Source: Planctomycetota bacterium
GTDB taxonomy: Bacteria; Planctomycetota; Phycisphaerae; UBA1845
Reading direction: 5' to 3'
NCBI GenBank assembly: GCA_030616775.1
Contig: JAUWWQ010000019.1
Location: 1,130 to 65,129 of the forward strand
Length of the DNA stretch: 64,000 nucleotides
The notes below the pieces were generated by a model that had not been told where the DNA came from, did not search any database, and saw only the letters and a list, made by a program, of their open reading frames with translations. Both the position numbers and the translations under genes were made by a program. Below, in pieces: positions 11,370 to 20,516 of this stretch (the first letter of the stretch is position 1; the number at the start of each line of letters is the position of its first letter).

Positions 11370-11900
11370 ATGGCCGGAAGACCGTTTCAACGTTTCGTCC
11401 TCGGTGCTGGACTGGCCGTTGGACTTGTGGGTGTTGTGAGCTGCACCGTCGATTTTGGAGAGGGAGTCCCGCCACCGGACGATACCTTCGCACCGGGAGT
11501 CGACCTTCGACCCAGTGAGGACATGGTGGCGATTCGCTTCCGAAATCTCACCGCAGACGAAGCGGTCAACGTCGAGTTCTATGCCACGAACGATTCCCTG
11601 GAAGACCTGCCGGACGATTTGTTCGTCGACGATAACCTTCTGACCACCAGCATCGGCGTCGCGGGCACAGGCATCATCCAGCCGTGGCAAGTAGACGCCA
11701 TCGAGTTCCCCTGTACTGCTAACCTGACCATCGGGACGCACGGCGGCAGATTCGTCGACAGTGAATCAGGCGAACCACGTGGCATCGGCACACCGCGGTG
11801 GGCCCAGGAGGGACCATTAGGTTTGTGCGGCGCTGTAGTTACACTTGAGTTCGCCGGCGACGGAGTCGAATTCACGACAGTCCTGAGCATCGGCGACTAA
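11370..11900 (+). CDS. Hypothetical lipoprotein
   Basis: 176-aa ORF with a lipoprotein signal peptide (GLAVGLVGVVSC). No recognisable domain. Confidence 0.55.
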   Translation: MAGRPFQRFVLGAGLAVGLVGVVSCTVDFGEGVPPPDDTFAPGVDLRPSEDMVAIRFRNLTADEAVNVEFYATNDSLEDLPDDLFVDDNLLTTSIGVAGTGIIQPWQVDAIEFPCTANLTIGTHGGRFVDSESGEPRGIGTPRWAQEGPLGLCGAVVTLEFAGDGVEFTTVLSIGD

Positions 11901-11912
11901 GGCTCTGGAATC

Positions 11913-13277
11913 ATGAAATGGCCGGATGTTCGCCCACTGGCTGTGTTGCTGCCAATGGTGACAGCAGCTCACGCGACCAATGTCTCCGGGATAAGTGCCG
12001 ATCTCCAAGCCGCGCCGACCCTGGGGGAACTGGTCCATTCGTTTTTTCGCTCGAGCGATCAGCAAAAGCGCGCATCGCTCATTCCCGCGATTGAAGAAGC
12101 AGCGAATGGCTCGATCGAGGCCGTTGCCAAGGCTGTGAAGGAGGTGCAGGTGTGGCCGGCGATTCCGGCTTCACGCGGTACTTTCTCGTTCGAGTCGGAC
12201 GCTGAGGGTGCCATTGAAGTCGGGTGCAGACTGCCCACCGGTTATGATTCCACAGCCGCATATCCAATGATCATTTGCATGCCCGATCGAGGCACGTTGC
12301 CCTCACATACGTTTGACTTGGCGCGAGACGTGCTGGGTGACGTGATTGACGAATTCGTCCTTCTCTGCCCCTCGCGGGCTGTTGGCGGTGCGTTCTATCA
12401 ACCCGTTGAAGGCGCGGCCGACCTGGGAAGGCTTATGCGCCGGGCCCGGCGGTGGATCCACACCGACACTGATCGGGTGTTCCTCTTCGGATCCGCAGCA
12501 GGTGGCGAGGCTGCGTGGATGGCGGCCATCGCTCGGCCCGATTTGTTCGCCGGTGTCATTGTTCTGTCATCATATCCGCGTGTGCCCTATCCCCAGCAAG
12601 TCTATCCCTTTCTGCTCGAAAACCTGCGGGCGCTTCCTGTGTTGACGGTGTGGACCGCAGCCGACAATCCGTCAACTACGACCCGGCGAGCCTTGGTAGC
12701 CGCGCACAATCGAGCAATAGTGGCCTTGGCCAAGCGGGCGGCGCTGCCGATTGTAGGGGTCGAGATCCATCGGAGCGCCTCAGGAGACCCGAAACCGCCG
12801 CCGGAAGAAGTAGCAGCGATGCTTAGCCGACGCCGTGCGGCACCGGGCGATAGCGTATCTCACTGGTTCCGCTATCCGGCGCAGGGGCATGCGGGGTGGC
12901 TGATGCAAACGAAATTCAAGGGCGATTTGTGGGACGCGGAGCAGCTCTCCATCTTGGCATCCCCATCGGTGGATCGCGACCGGTTCATAGCCGAGGTCAT
13001 ACGAAACAAGCTGGCCTATCTCGGCGGACGAATCGACGGCCAGACTATCACGATTGAAACTCAGAAGTGCGAGCGCATAGAGCTGTTGCTCCCTTACGGG
13101 CTGCTTGATCCAAGCCTGACGGTCACCGTTCGATGCAATGGCAAGCAGCGCCATAGCGGTAGGATTCTGCCCAGCATTCGCACCCTCTTAGAGACCGCCT
13201 ACGAGCAATGGGAGTTTCAACGACTTACGGTGGGGCGGCGTTCCTTCTCGATCAAGGCCGACGGTACGCCGCCCTAA
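11913..13277 (+). CDS. Secreted alpha/beta-hydrolase-like protein (function unknown)
   Basis: 454-aa ORF with a signal peptide. It has a nucleophile-elbow-like motif (FLFGSAAGGEAAW) followed by PDLFAGVIVLSS, as in esterase/peptidase S9-type folds. Confidence 0.5.
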   Translation: MKWPDVRPLAVLLPMVTAAHATNVSGISADLQAAPTLGELVHSFFRSSDQQKRASLIPAIEEAANGSIEAVAKAVKEVQVWPAIPASRGTFSFESDAEGAIEVGCRLPTGYDSTAAYPMIICMPDRGTLPSHTFDLARDVLGDVIDEFVLLCPSRAVGGAFYQPVEGAADLGRLMRRARRWIHTDTDRVFLFGSAAGGEAAWMAAIARPDLFAGVIVLSSYPRVPYPQQVYPFLLENLRALPVLTVWTAADNPSTTTRRALVAAHNRAIVALAKRAALPIVGVEIHRSASGDPKPPPEEVAAMLSRRRAAPGDSVSHWFRYPAQGHAGWLMQTKFKGDLWDAEQLSILASPSVDRDRFIAEVIRNKLAYLGGRIDGQTITIETQKCERIELLLPYGLLDPSLTVTVRCNGKQRHSGRILPSIRTLLETAYEQWEFQRLTVGRRSFSIKADGTPP

Positions 13278-13338
13278 TGGTTTGACCGATGGGCCACCAG
13301 CCGGTCACTTGCCAAGCAGGGGCCGGCAGTTATAGTCA

Positions 13339-14958
13339 GTGCCAATGGCTTATCTCCGCTATCTTGACGATTCCGGACGACTTCAAACCAAGGTTCTGGA
13401 CTCGGAACACTTCGTCATTGGTCGTGCCTCCACGTGTCACCTTCCATTGGATTCAGAGAAGATCTCGCGCGAGCATCTGCGCATTGATCTCGAAAGCGAC
13501 GGGCGGTACCGGGCCCACGACCTGGGGAGCCGAAACAAAACCTACGTCAACGGCGAACTGATCACCGAGACGCTGCTCACCTCCGGTTCCGTCATCCGCT
13601 TAGGCAATCGGGTTGTGGAATTCGTCGACGACGCATCTCGGCCCGAGGGAATTGACCTTGAATTCCTCACACCCGACCGGACCGAACCGCCCGACTGCGA
13701 ATGGATCAAGACCAAAGCCTCGCTATCGCTGACTCACTCGCAGATCGAACAGCTATCGCAGCTTGTCAGCGACCTACCACTGGCCGCCCGGGCAGAAGAC
13801 ATCGCCGATGCGGCCTTGGGGCAGATCATTTTGGATCTGGAGGCTGAGCGCGGCTTGATCGCCCTTCGCGGCGAGAGAGGGACGGAGTTGCGGCCACTTG
13901 CTCATCGGGCGCTTAAAAGGCCCGCAGGTAGATCAATGACACCGGTGAGCGAGTCATTTGTGATGGCCTCCCTCCTGCAGCGCGTGGCCGGCCGCTACCC
14001 CAAAACATCCGGGCAGCTCAATACCAAGCTGGGGTACGCGGCCACCGGCCTCGTTGCCCCGCTGACCGATCGAGGTGAAATCATCGGTGTTCTCTACCTC
14101 GACTGTCCCTCCGGGAAGAAGCCCTTTTCGCGCGCCGCCCTGCAGTATTGTGCCGCAGCCGGTGCCCACGTGGGCGCACTGGTAGGTGAATCCTCGCGTA
14201 AACTCACTCAATTCGCGGGGCGCGAAGGAGCGAGCTGGATGTCAACCGTCCGGCGGGTGCAGGCCTCGCTGACCTGCCCGGTCACCTCGAGCGAAGCATT
14301 CGACGTGGCAATGAAGTGCCACCCCGGCTGATTCAGGTGCGGCGACTTCGGGACCGTTGTACATCTTGACGAACAGCGGTGCGGGATCGTTCTCATCGAC
14401 GGTGGGGGACACGGGATCACCGGGATCGCGCACTCCAGCGCCATCCGCACGGCTGTAGCCGCGGCGCTTGCCGTCTCAGTGAACGCCGTGACCGATCCCG
14501 CAGCGATGTTCAATGCGATCAACCGTTTGGCATCCTCCTCGGGAGCCCGCCAGGTCTTGCCTTGCGTTTATGTGGGCATCGACCTGTCATCCGGCCGATT
14601 GGCGTACATCAACGCGGGAGGGATGCCACCGCTGCTGATGGCGGGACCAAGGCGACTCGTAACCCTTGACCAGACCTCGCTGGTGCTTGGAGTTGACCGG
14701 GAATACGTGTACGAGCCGACGCAGATCGATCTGCCCACAGCCTTCCGGGTGGTGTGCCACACGGATGGCTTGACCGAGGCGGCCAACGCTGCCGGCCAAC
14801 CATTTGGCACTGAGCGCCTGCACGATATGCTACTGGAACCGGAAGCGTTCGCCAGTGCGCCGGAGATCCTCACCGTGATCGGCACCGCCTGGGCGACACA
14901 CCTCGCCGCCGCCCAAGCCGCCGACGATACCACGATCCTTGTCGTAGGATGCGGGTAG
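13339..14958 (+). pseudogene. FHA-GAF-PP2C (SpoIIE-type) phosphatase interrupted by a single in-frame TGA at 14329..14331
   Basis: The N-terminal FHA domain is HFVIGRASTCHLPLDSEKISREHLRI...NKTYVNGE. A GAF-like middle follows. Track ORFs 13339..14331 and 14479..14958 are in the same frame, with no other stop between them. The bridging codons read FRCGDFGTVVHLDEQRCGIVLIDGGGHGITGIA, which is the PP2C/SpoIIE metal-binding core. Confidence 0.75.
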
Positions 14959-15647
14959 CAACGCGTTTCACAAGTCCTGCGACTATGGATCACGCGCCGA
15001 GCCGCAGGCTTTAGCCTGCGCGGAGCACCGCGCGGGCTGAACCCGCAGCTCAGGTAGTCGCTTGGGTGCCACTGGTCCCGATATACATCGGGATCCGCCA
15101 GTGTCTTCACTGACAACGGCCCACCAATGGTACGCCGTGGCGCAGTCATTTCTCACAATGCGTACTATTCAGCCTACGCAACAGACGAACATTGCACCGG
15201 TAAGATCACGCAAGAAATAAGCCAAAGGGAGAGCGGCGGGCTGCTCGGAACTGACCGCTTATCGCAGCCCCGCCGCGCTCCCCGGATCTTCCCTTCCAAA
15301 TTATTGAAGGGCTCGGGTCGAGACTAGGCCGCGGCGAACACATCGGGGAAGAGCCAGAACCAGGCGGCCAGCCCGGCGATGACTATCCAAAGCCATGACA
15401 TCATCGTTCGATTCCTTTCCGCAAGGACAGTGGAAACCGCATGACATGTCGCCCCACGCCAGAGCGGCATTCATACCCCAACAAGTATACCGCAATTCCG
15501 GGACGGTGGATAGGGAACCGTGGAGACGATTCCGGTGGTAGCAAGTGGGCCTTGAACATTGTGAGTTGTCCTGGCAGCCGGATTGGCCAGGGGCCCGGCC
15601 CGGGTGAATGGCCTTCTGACAGGCCGATCTGCCGTTTCAGGTTGAGG

Positions 15648-15868
15648 AATTTCGCGTCCCGTATAGCGGCCAGCGCCCCTGCCGGCCGTGAACGGTTTGG
15701 GCTCGACCCCACCCCGTGCCACCACCCCGATTCTCGCTTGATCCTACGTGGCGAAATCCCTGTAGCGGCCGGCGCCCCTGCCGGCCGTAGAGAGCCCCCG
15801 GCGCCCCTGTAGTGGAGAGCCCACAGAGCTTCCTTGCACGAAATCCTCCGACCGAAAACGGCACCAGA
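15648..15868. repeat. Two tandem copies of a dispersed hairpin repeat (core GTAGCGGCCGGC-N6-GCCGGCCGT) plus a second conserved module
   Basis: cgtatagcggccagcgcccctgccggccgtgaacgg (~15660) and cctgtagcggccggcgcccctgccggccgtagagag (~15759). The module gaaatcctccgaccgaaaacggcaccag (~15840) recurs at ~45897. Confidence 0.7.
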
Positions 15869-15976
15869 CCGCGCGCTGCGCCAGTAGCCAGTAACAGAAC
15901 GGCGCCTTGGACGTGCGACACAGGTATAATTCGACAGAGTCACCGGGTCTCGATGCCCGAACAACGGAGCCCGTCC

Positions 15977-16478
15977 ATGATCCGCAAGGCCATCATCATC
16001 GTGCTTACGCTGGGGGCAGTGGGCACGGCAAGCATTACAACCATAAGCATCTGGATGCCACTCGCCTGGCTACACGACCTCAACGATCTGACTACGGCCT
16101 GTTACGTCATCAAGGGTGGTGTGCTCAAAGCGACCTATAGACCTAATCCCAAGCAAGTCAGCATAACAACGGGGTGTCAACGACAGGTACCAAGCTCGCT
16201 GATACTTCTGCCACGTACACTGACAAGGTTGGGAGCAAAATCGACGCCACGAGGCTCCTTCTTGTCGCTGCCGGCTCTCCGCCACAGAACTTCGTTTACC
16301 TCTCTGGCTTCCCTTCATCCTCTTCGCTACTTGCCTCACGATCGCCTTCATACATGGCCCTCTGCGGAGGCGTCGTCGTCGGAAACGGGGTGAGTGCGTC
16401 AGGTGCAGCTATAATCTGACAGGTAACGTCTCCGGCGTCTGCTCGGAGTGCGGGACGCTGATCGAGCGGGCGGGGTAA
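15977..16478 (+). pseudogene. Membrane protein with C-terminal CxxC...CxxC zinc ribbon, apparently frameshifted
   Basis: A GGAG sits 7 nt before the ATG at 15977. The N-terminal TM is in frame 2 (MIRKAIIIVLTLGAVGTA...). The C-terminal part (LPLWLPFILFATCLTIAFIHGPLRRRRRRKRGECVRCSYNLTGNVSGVCSECGTLIERAG) is open only in frame 3, from 16224 to the TAA at 16476..16478, and has no start codon of its own. Confidence 0.5.
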
Positions 16479-16734
16479 GACCAACGGTGTTGCCGGTTAC
16501 TGTAGGGGCATCCCAATCCGGGTGGGACGGCCAAACTTGTTTGCCCGTGAGAGCGGTTTGCACGGGCAAGCTACCGCTTGCCCATGCCACCAGGCCGCTT
16601 ACTGACGGGCGCGGATCAGTTCTGTCAGGCTCTCCAAGAAAATCGTTGCGAAGGCCGCTAGAGAGTATTACGCTGGTCAGTAAAGGCGCTGACAATGGCG
16701 CCGGGCGCGAAACCCCAATTGAAGGAGTGTACCA

Positions 16735-17022
16735 ATGGCCACGTATGTCATTCTCAGCAAGCTATCACCTGATGCATTTCGAGACCCCGGCGAGTTCCGC
16801 CAGATTGCCGAAAAGGTGTCGCAGCGGATCAAGGCCGACTGCCCCAACGTTCGCTGGAACGCCAGCTATGCCCTCATGGGACGTTTCGACGTGATGGACA
16901 TTGTAGAGGCCAACAGTCCGGCCGAGGTGGAAAAAGCGGCCATGATTATCCGAGCGCACGGCCACGCCACCACTGAGACAATGCTGGCCACGCCGTGGAA
17001 GGAGTTCCTCGCCAGCCTGTAG
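16735..17022 (+). CDS. GYD domain protein
   Basis: 95 aa. MATYVILSKL...GRFDVMDIVEANSPAEVEKAAMIIRAHGHATTETMLA matches the GYD-family pattern (PF08734-like). Confidence 0.8.
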   Translation: MATYVILSKLSPDAFRDPGEFRQIAEKVSQRIKADCPNVRWNASYALMGRFDVMDIVEANSPAEVEKAAMIIRAHGHATTETMLATPWKEFLASL

Positions 17023-17242
17023 CACCGCTACTGGCCGGGCGAAGGCGATAGGACTCCGGGAACGCCCGGACTCCAGCTCCGAACGGTATCAAAACCGCAT
17101 TCAACGGCTCATCGCCAATATAGTCGGTTCCGCAGCGTCGTTCGAGCCGTTTGTCCATCTGCCTCAGCCGCCGCTGACGACGTGCTGACCCAGCCGCTAG
17201 ACCGCCCCCAGGTGGGCGGAAGGCAGGCTCGCTCCCTAGCGT

Positions 17243-18376
17243 TTAAGGAGATGCCTCTCTGGGACAGTTTTCATACGAGGGGCGTCCCGCGCCCGAGTGG
17301 TACAGCCCGGTACGTATGTCCGGAGCGGGGAGTGTGTCCTTCTGCCAACCGTCGCCGCGGACGATGATGCAGCGATAGCCATGACTCTGGCAATCCTGGT
17401 TTTCGAGGACTCCCTCCTCACAACGGTAGTGCAACGCATAACCGTCGGCGTCCTCAGTGCCTTCAAAGTAGATTCTCTGCGGCTCGGCGTGGGCATCGAC
17501 GAAGGCACGGTTGAAGGTCCAGTCCTTGCCATGCCAGCCCCTGATCGTCTTGGTCGGACCGGGGTCAACGCCTTCCAGGAAGTCGCATTGCTCTCTCCAG
17601 CATGACCAGGCCCAGCGCCCGATGTTCTCCTCATAGTAGAGTGTCCGCGCTGGTGTTGGAACACGTGACGTCGGACGCATATACGGCGAGTTGGTGCGCA
17701 TCTCACCGCCGCCTGAGTTGGCGACCATGAAAACGTTCGCGCAATAGCTGTTGCCAAAGTGGTCGTACGACGAACGCTCACTGTACTTGATCCAATCTGC
17801 GCAATGGGCCCCACGTGGTGGGCCGTTATCTGCCGGGCATTTGAACAGGTCAAGTTCCAGCTTGGCGTCGAGGGTGGCCCCGAACCGGTCAAAAATCGGG
17901 TTAGCGTTGTCTTTGAATCCCCCCGGGTACAGGATGTCGTTCATCGGTCGGGTAGATGGACCGAAGCCGGCCAACGTGCCGTACTTGCTGTTGATCGGGT
18001 CTCCGGGGGAGCCGGTCACGAAGTCATCCTGCCCGATTCCGCTCTTGCCGCCCCACTCATACGCCCCGACCATGATCGGATCGTTGCACATCTCACCCGG
18101 GAGTTGCCCGGGACACTGTCTGTACTGGAGCGGGTGCACGGGAATACCCCAACCGTTGGGGTCGTCGGCCTCGTACACCCGGCTGCTGGTCGCGATGTTC
18201 TTGATGTGCGACAGGCAGGCGGATTGTTTCGATTGCCGCCGGGCAGCCTCCAACGAAGGAAGCAGAATCGCGATCAAAAGCGCGATAATCGCGATAACAA
18301 CCAGCAGCTCAATCAGGGTGAAGGCGACTCGCCCACGGCCCTTGAGTCTAAGGTCATCTTGAATCCGGGTTCTCAT
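17243..18376 (-). CDS. Prepilin-type N-terminal cleavage/methylation domain protein (DUF1559 / H-X9-DG type)
   Basis: FTLIELLVVIAIIALLIAILLPSL is a type IV pilin-like leader, followed by a DUF1559-like body typical of planctomycete paralog families. The start is set at the ATG preceded by AGGAGAG (track ORF starts at a GTG at 18421). Confidence 0.85.
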   Translation of the reverse strand: MRTRIQDDLRLKGRGRVAFTLIELLVVIAIIALLIAILLPSLEAARRQSKQSACLSHIKNIATSSRVYEADDPNGWGIPVHPLQYRQCPGQLPGEMCNDPIMVGAYEWGGKSGIGQDDFVTGSPGDPINSKYGTLAGFGPSTRPMNDILYPGGFKDNANPIFDRFGATLDAKLELDLFKCPADNGPPRGAHCADWIKYSERSSYDHFGNSYCANVFMVANSGGGEMRTNSPYMRPTSRVPTPARTLYYEENIGRWAWSCWREQCDFLEGVDPGPTKTIRGWHGKDWTFNRAFVDAHAEPQRIYFEGTEDADGYALHYRCEEGVLENQDCQSHGYRCIIVRGDGWQKDTLPAPDIRTGLYHSGAGRPSYENCPREASP

Positions 18377-18815
18377 GGTATTGACTCTCCTGAAAGCTCC
18401 GTGGACGCTCCTTGCAACCACGTCAGCTTTTCCGTACCCACTTTAACAGAGTACACTCCAAGTGCACATTAACAGCATATAGCAACAGCGCGATCAATTC
18501 AATAGGGTCGGACCTCGAAACCAGCCTGCGCACCAAAACGATGGGCGGCCTGCCGTATGGTCAAAGCCCGGCCGGTCCCTCTTCCGCCGGGTGTCCCCAG
18601 GCCCCAACTCCTGCTCCTGCCTCGGCGCCGGGTCCACTCTATAAGACACCGCTGGGCGATAATCGGCGGATAAAAATGGCGGATTGTGACCTATTTCCCG
18701 TAAAAACCCGCTTTCGGTGGCTGTGGCGCGATATGATGATTAAAAGGTCCGCGGGACGCCTTGCCCCGGTTTGTGATCGGTCGCGGGCCTCCGTCCGTCC
18801 CCAGGATGGCCGCCA

Positions 18816-20423
18816 ATGAGCTGCAACCTCTCGGAACAAGAACTCTGGAGCGGGATCGACCGCGATGCTCCTGAGATCGCCGAACATCTCACGCATTGTG
18901 TGACCTGCCAGGCCCGGGCCGTCGAGTTCCGTGCCGGGATGCGGGCTGTGGCCGAAGCTTCCACCCTGATAACACCGCCCTTACCCACCAAGGTTGGCTC
19001 CTACGCAATCCACCGCCGGCTGGGGGAGGGGGGTATGGGGATCGTGTATGAAGGCGAGCAACAGACACCAAAGCGTCTAGTCGCCGTCAAGGTGGTGCGC
19101 GGAGGGCGGTCGGCCGACGAATACCGCGTCCGGCTATTCCAACGCGAAGCCCAAACGCTGGCTCGCCTGAAGCATCCAGCCATCGCCGCGGTATACGAGG
19201 CCGGGCGAACCGAGCACGGGGAGCACTTCTTTGCAATGGAGCTCGTGCCGGGCACCCCCCTCAACGAGTACGTCCGTAAACACCAGGTTCCGCGGCGGCA
19301 GCGGTTGGAACTGTTTCGCAAGATTTGCGACGCGATCAACTACGCCCATCAGCGCGGTGTGATCCATCGGGACCTGAAGCCCACCAATATCCTCGTGGAT
19401 CCAGACGCCAACCCGAAGATTTTGGATTTTGGATTGGCCCGTATCACCGATCCCGAAGTGAGCCTGACTACCGGTGCCGACGTGCGCAGGATTATGGGAA
19501 CGTTGCCATATATGAGCCCCGAAGAAGCCCGTGGCGACCCGGACGAGATCGATGTGCGAAGCGACGTATTCTCCCTTGGCGTGATATTGTACGAACTCCT
19601 TACCGACCGGCTGCCACATAGAGTCACAAGACGCGCGATCCCTGAAGCCATCCGCATCGTCTGCGAACACGCCCCAAAAAAGCCGAGCACGATCGACCGT
19701 AGCCTGCGCGGCGATCTGGAGACCATTGCCCTCAAAGCCTTGGAGAAAGAACCCGGACGTCGCTACCAGAGCGCCGCGATGTTCTCCGAAGACATCGCCC
19801 GCTATCTGGCGGATCAACCGATACTGGCCCGGCGGGCGAGCGGCCTCTATCAACTGAGGAAGTTCGCTTTACGACATCGATTGTTCGTGGCATTTGCCGC
19901 TGCGTCAATCGCTTTGGTTACTACCGCGAGGTTGTGGTACGATCATTTGGACGAAGAACGTCGCGCGGGCATCAAGCGCAACGATGAGCTGCTGGAGCTA
20001 CACGCGGCGATCATCGAGGACGAGCTTGCGCGTCTACTGCACGCTAGCGAGAAGTATGACCGGGCCCTACCCAAGTATCGCAACGCCCTGGCAACGTTCA
20101 GGCGGCTTGAGCGAGACGAGCACACCGGGCCTGCGCTGATTGGATTCGCTACTCTCCTGACTCAACGCGATGCTCCCACTGATAAGGACTATGAGGATGC
20201 TGAGACCTTCCTTCAGGAGGCGCTGGCAATCTTCGAGCGGAATCCAACCGTCGTCTGGATCGCCGAGCGGCGGAAGGCACTAGAAGTCCTGCGGACCCTG
20301 TACACCGAGGTCTGGGACGCGCCGGAATTGCTCGCCAACGTGGAAGCACAGCTAGCCGCCCTCGAGGCTGCTCCGTCCGACTCCGAGCGGATGTTGACCG
20401 TACCGCCTTTACCTCAAGAGTAG
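18816..20423 (+). CDS. Ser/Thr protein kinase with N-terminal HxxxCxxC motif, one TM helix and C-terminal TPR-like domain
   Basis: Hanks kinase motifs are present: LGEGGMGIVY, VAVKVV, HRDLKPTNILV, DFGLAR, and YMSPEE. The N-terminus carries EHLTHCVTC. The TM helix is LFVAFAAASIALVTTA. Confidence 0.9.
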   Translation: MSCNLSEQELWSGIDRDAPEIAEHLTHCVTCQARAVEFRAGMRAVAEASTLITPPLPTKVGSYAIHRRLGEGGMGIVYEGEQQTPKRLVAVKVVRGGRSADEYRVRLFQREAQTLARLKHPAIAAVYEAGRTEHGEHFFAMELVPGTPLNEYVRKHQVPRRQRLELFRKICDAINYAHQRGVIHRDLKPTNILVDPDANPKILDFGLARITDPEVSLTTGADVRRIMGTLPYMSPEEARGDPDEIDVRSDVFSLGVILYELLTDRLPHRVTRRAIPEAIRIVCEHAPKKPSTIDRSLRGDLETIALKALEKEPGRRYQSAAMFSEDIARYLADQPILARRASGLYQLRKFALRHRLFVAFAAASIALVTTARLWYDHLDEERRAGIKRNDELLELHAAIIEDELARLLHASEKYDRALPKYRNALATFRRLERDEHTGPALIGFATLLTQRDAPTDKDYEDAETFLQEALAIFERNPTVVWIAERRKALEVLRTLYTEVWDAPELLANVEAQLAALEAAPSDSERMLTVPPLPQE

Positions 20424-20516
20424 CCGGGTGCTTTAGTCTGTTGCCGAGCTGATCCTACCGACGCTGCGATTGTGGTATCCTGTCGTTTGATAGGCGGCTT
20501 GTCGCAGGAGTATGTT

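Noticed and set aside
15921-15935. TATAAT-like boxes downstream of two copies of the dispersed repeat (about 15926 and about 45936), which suggested that the repeat carries an outward promoter.
   Set aside because: The distance from the repeat to the TATAAT differs greatly (about 58 nt versus about 8 nt). No shared -35 element was found, so the match is probably coincidental.
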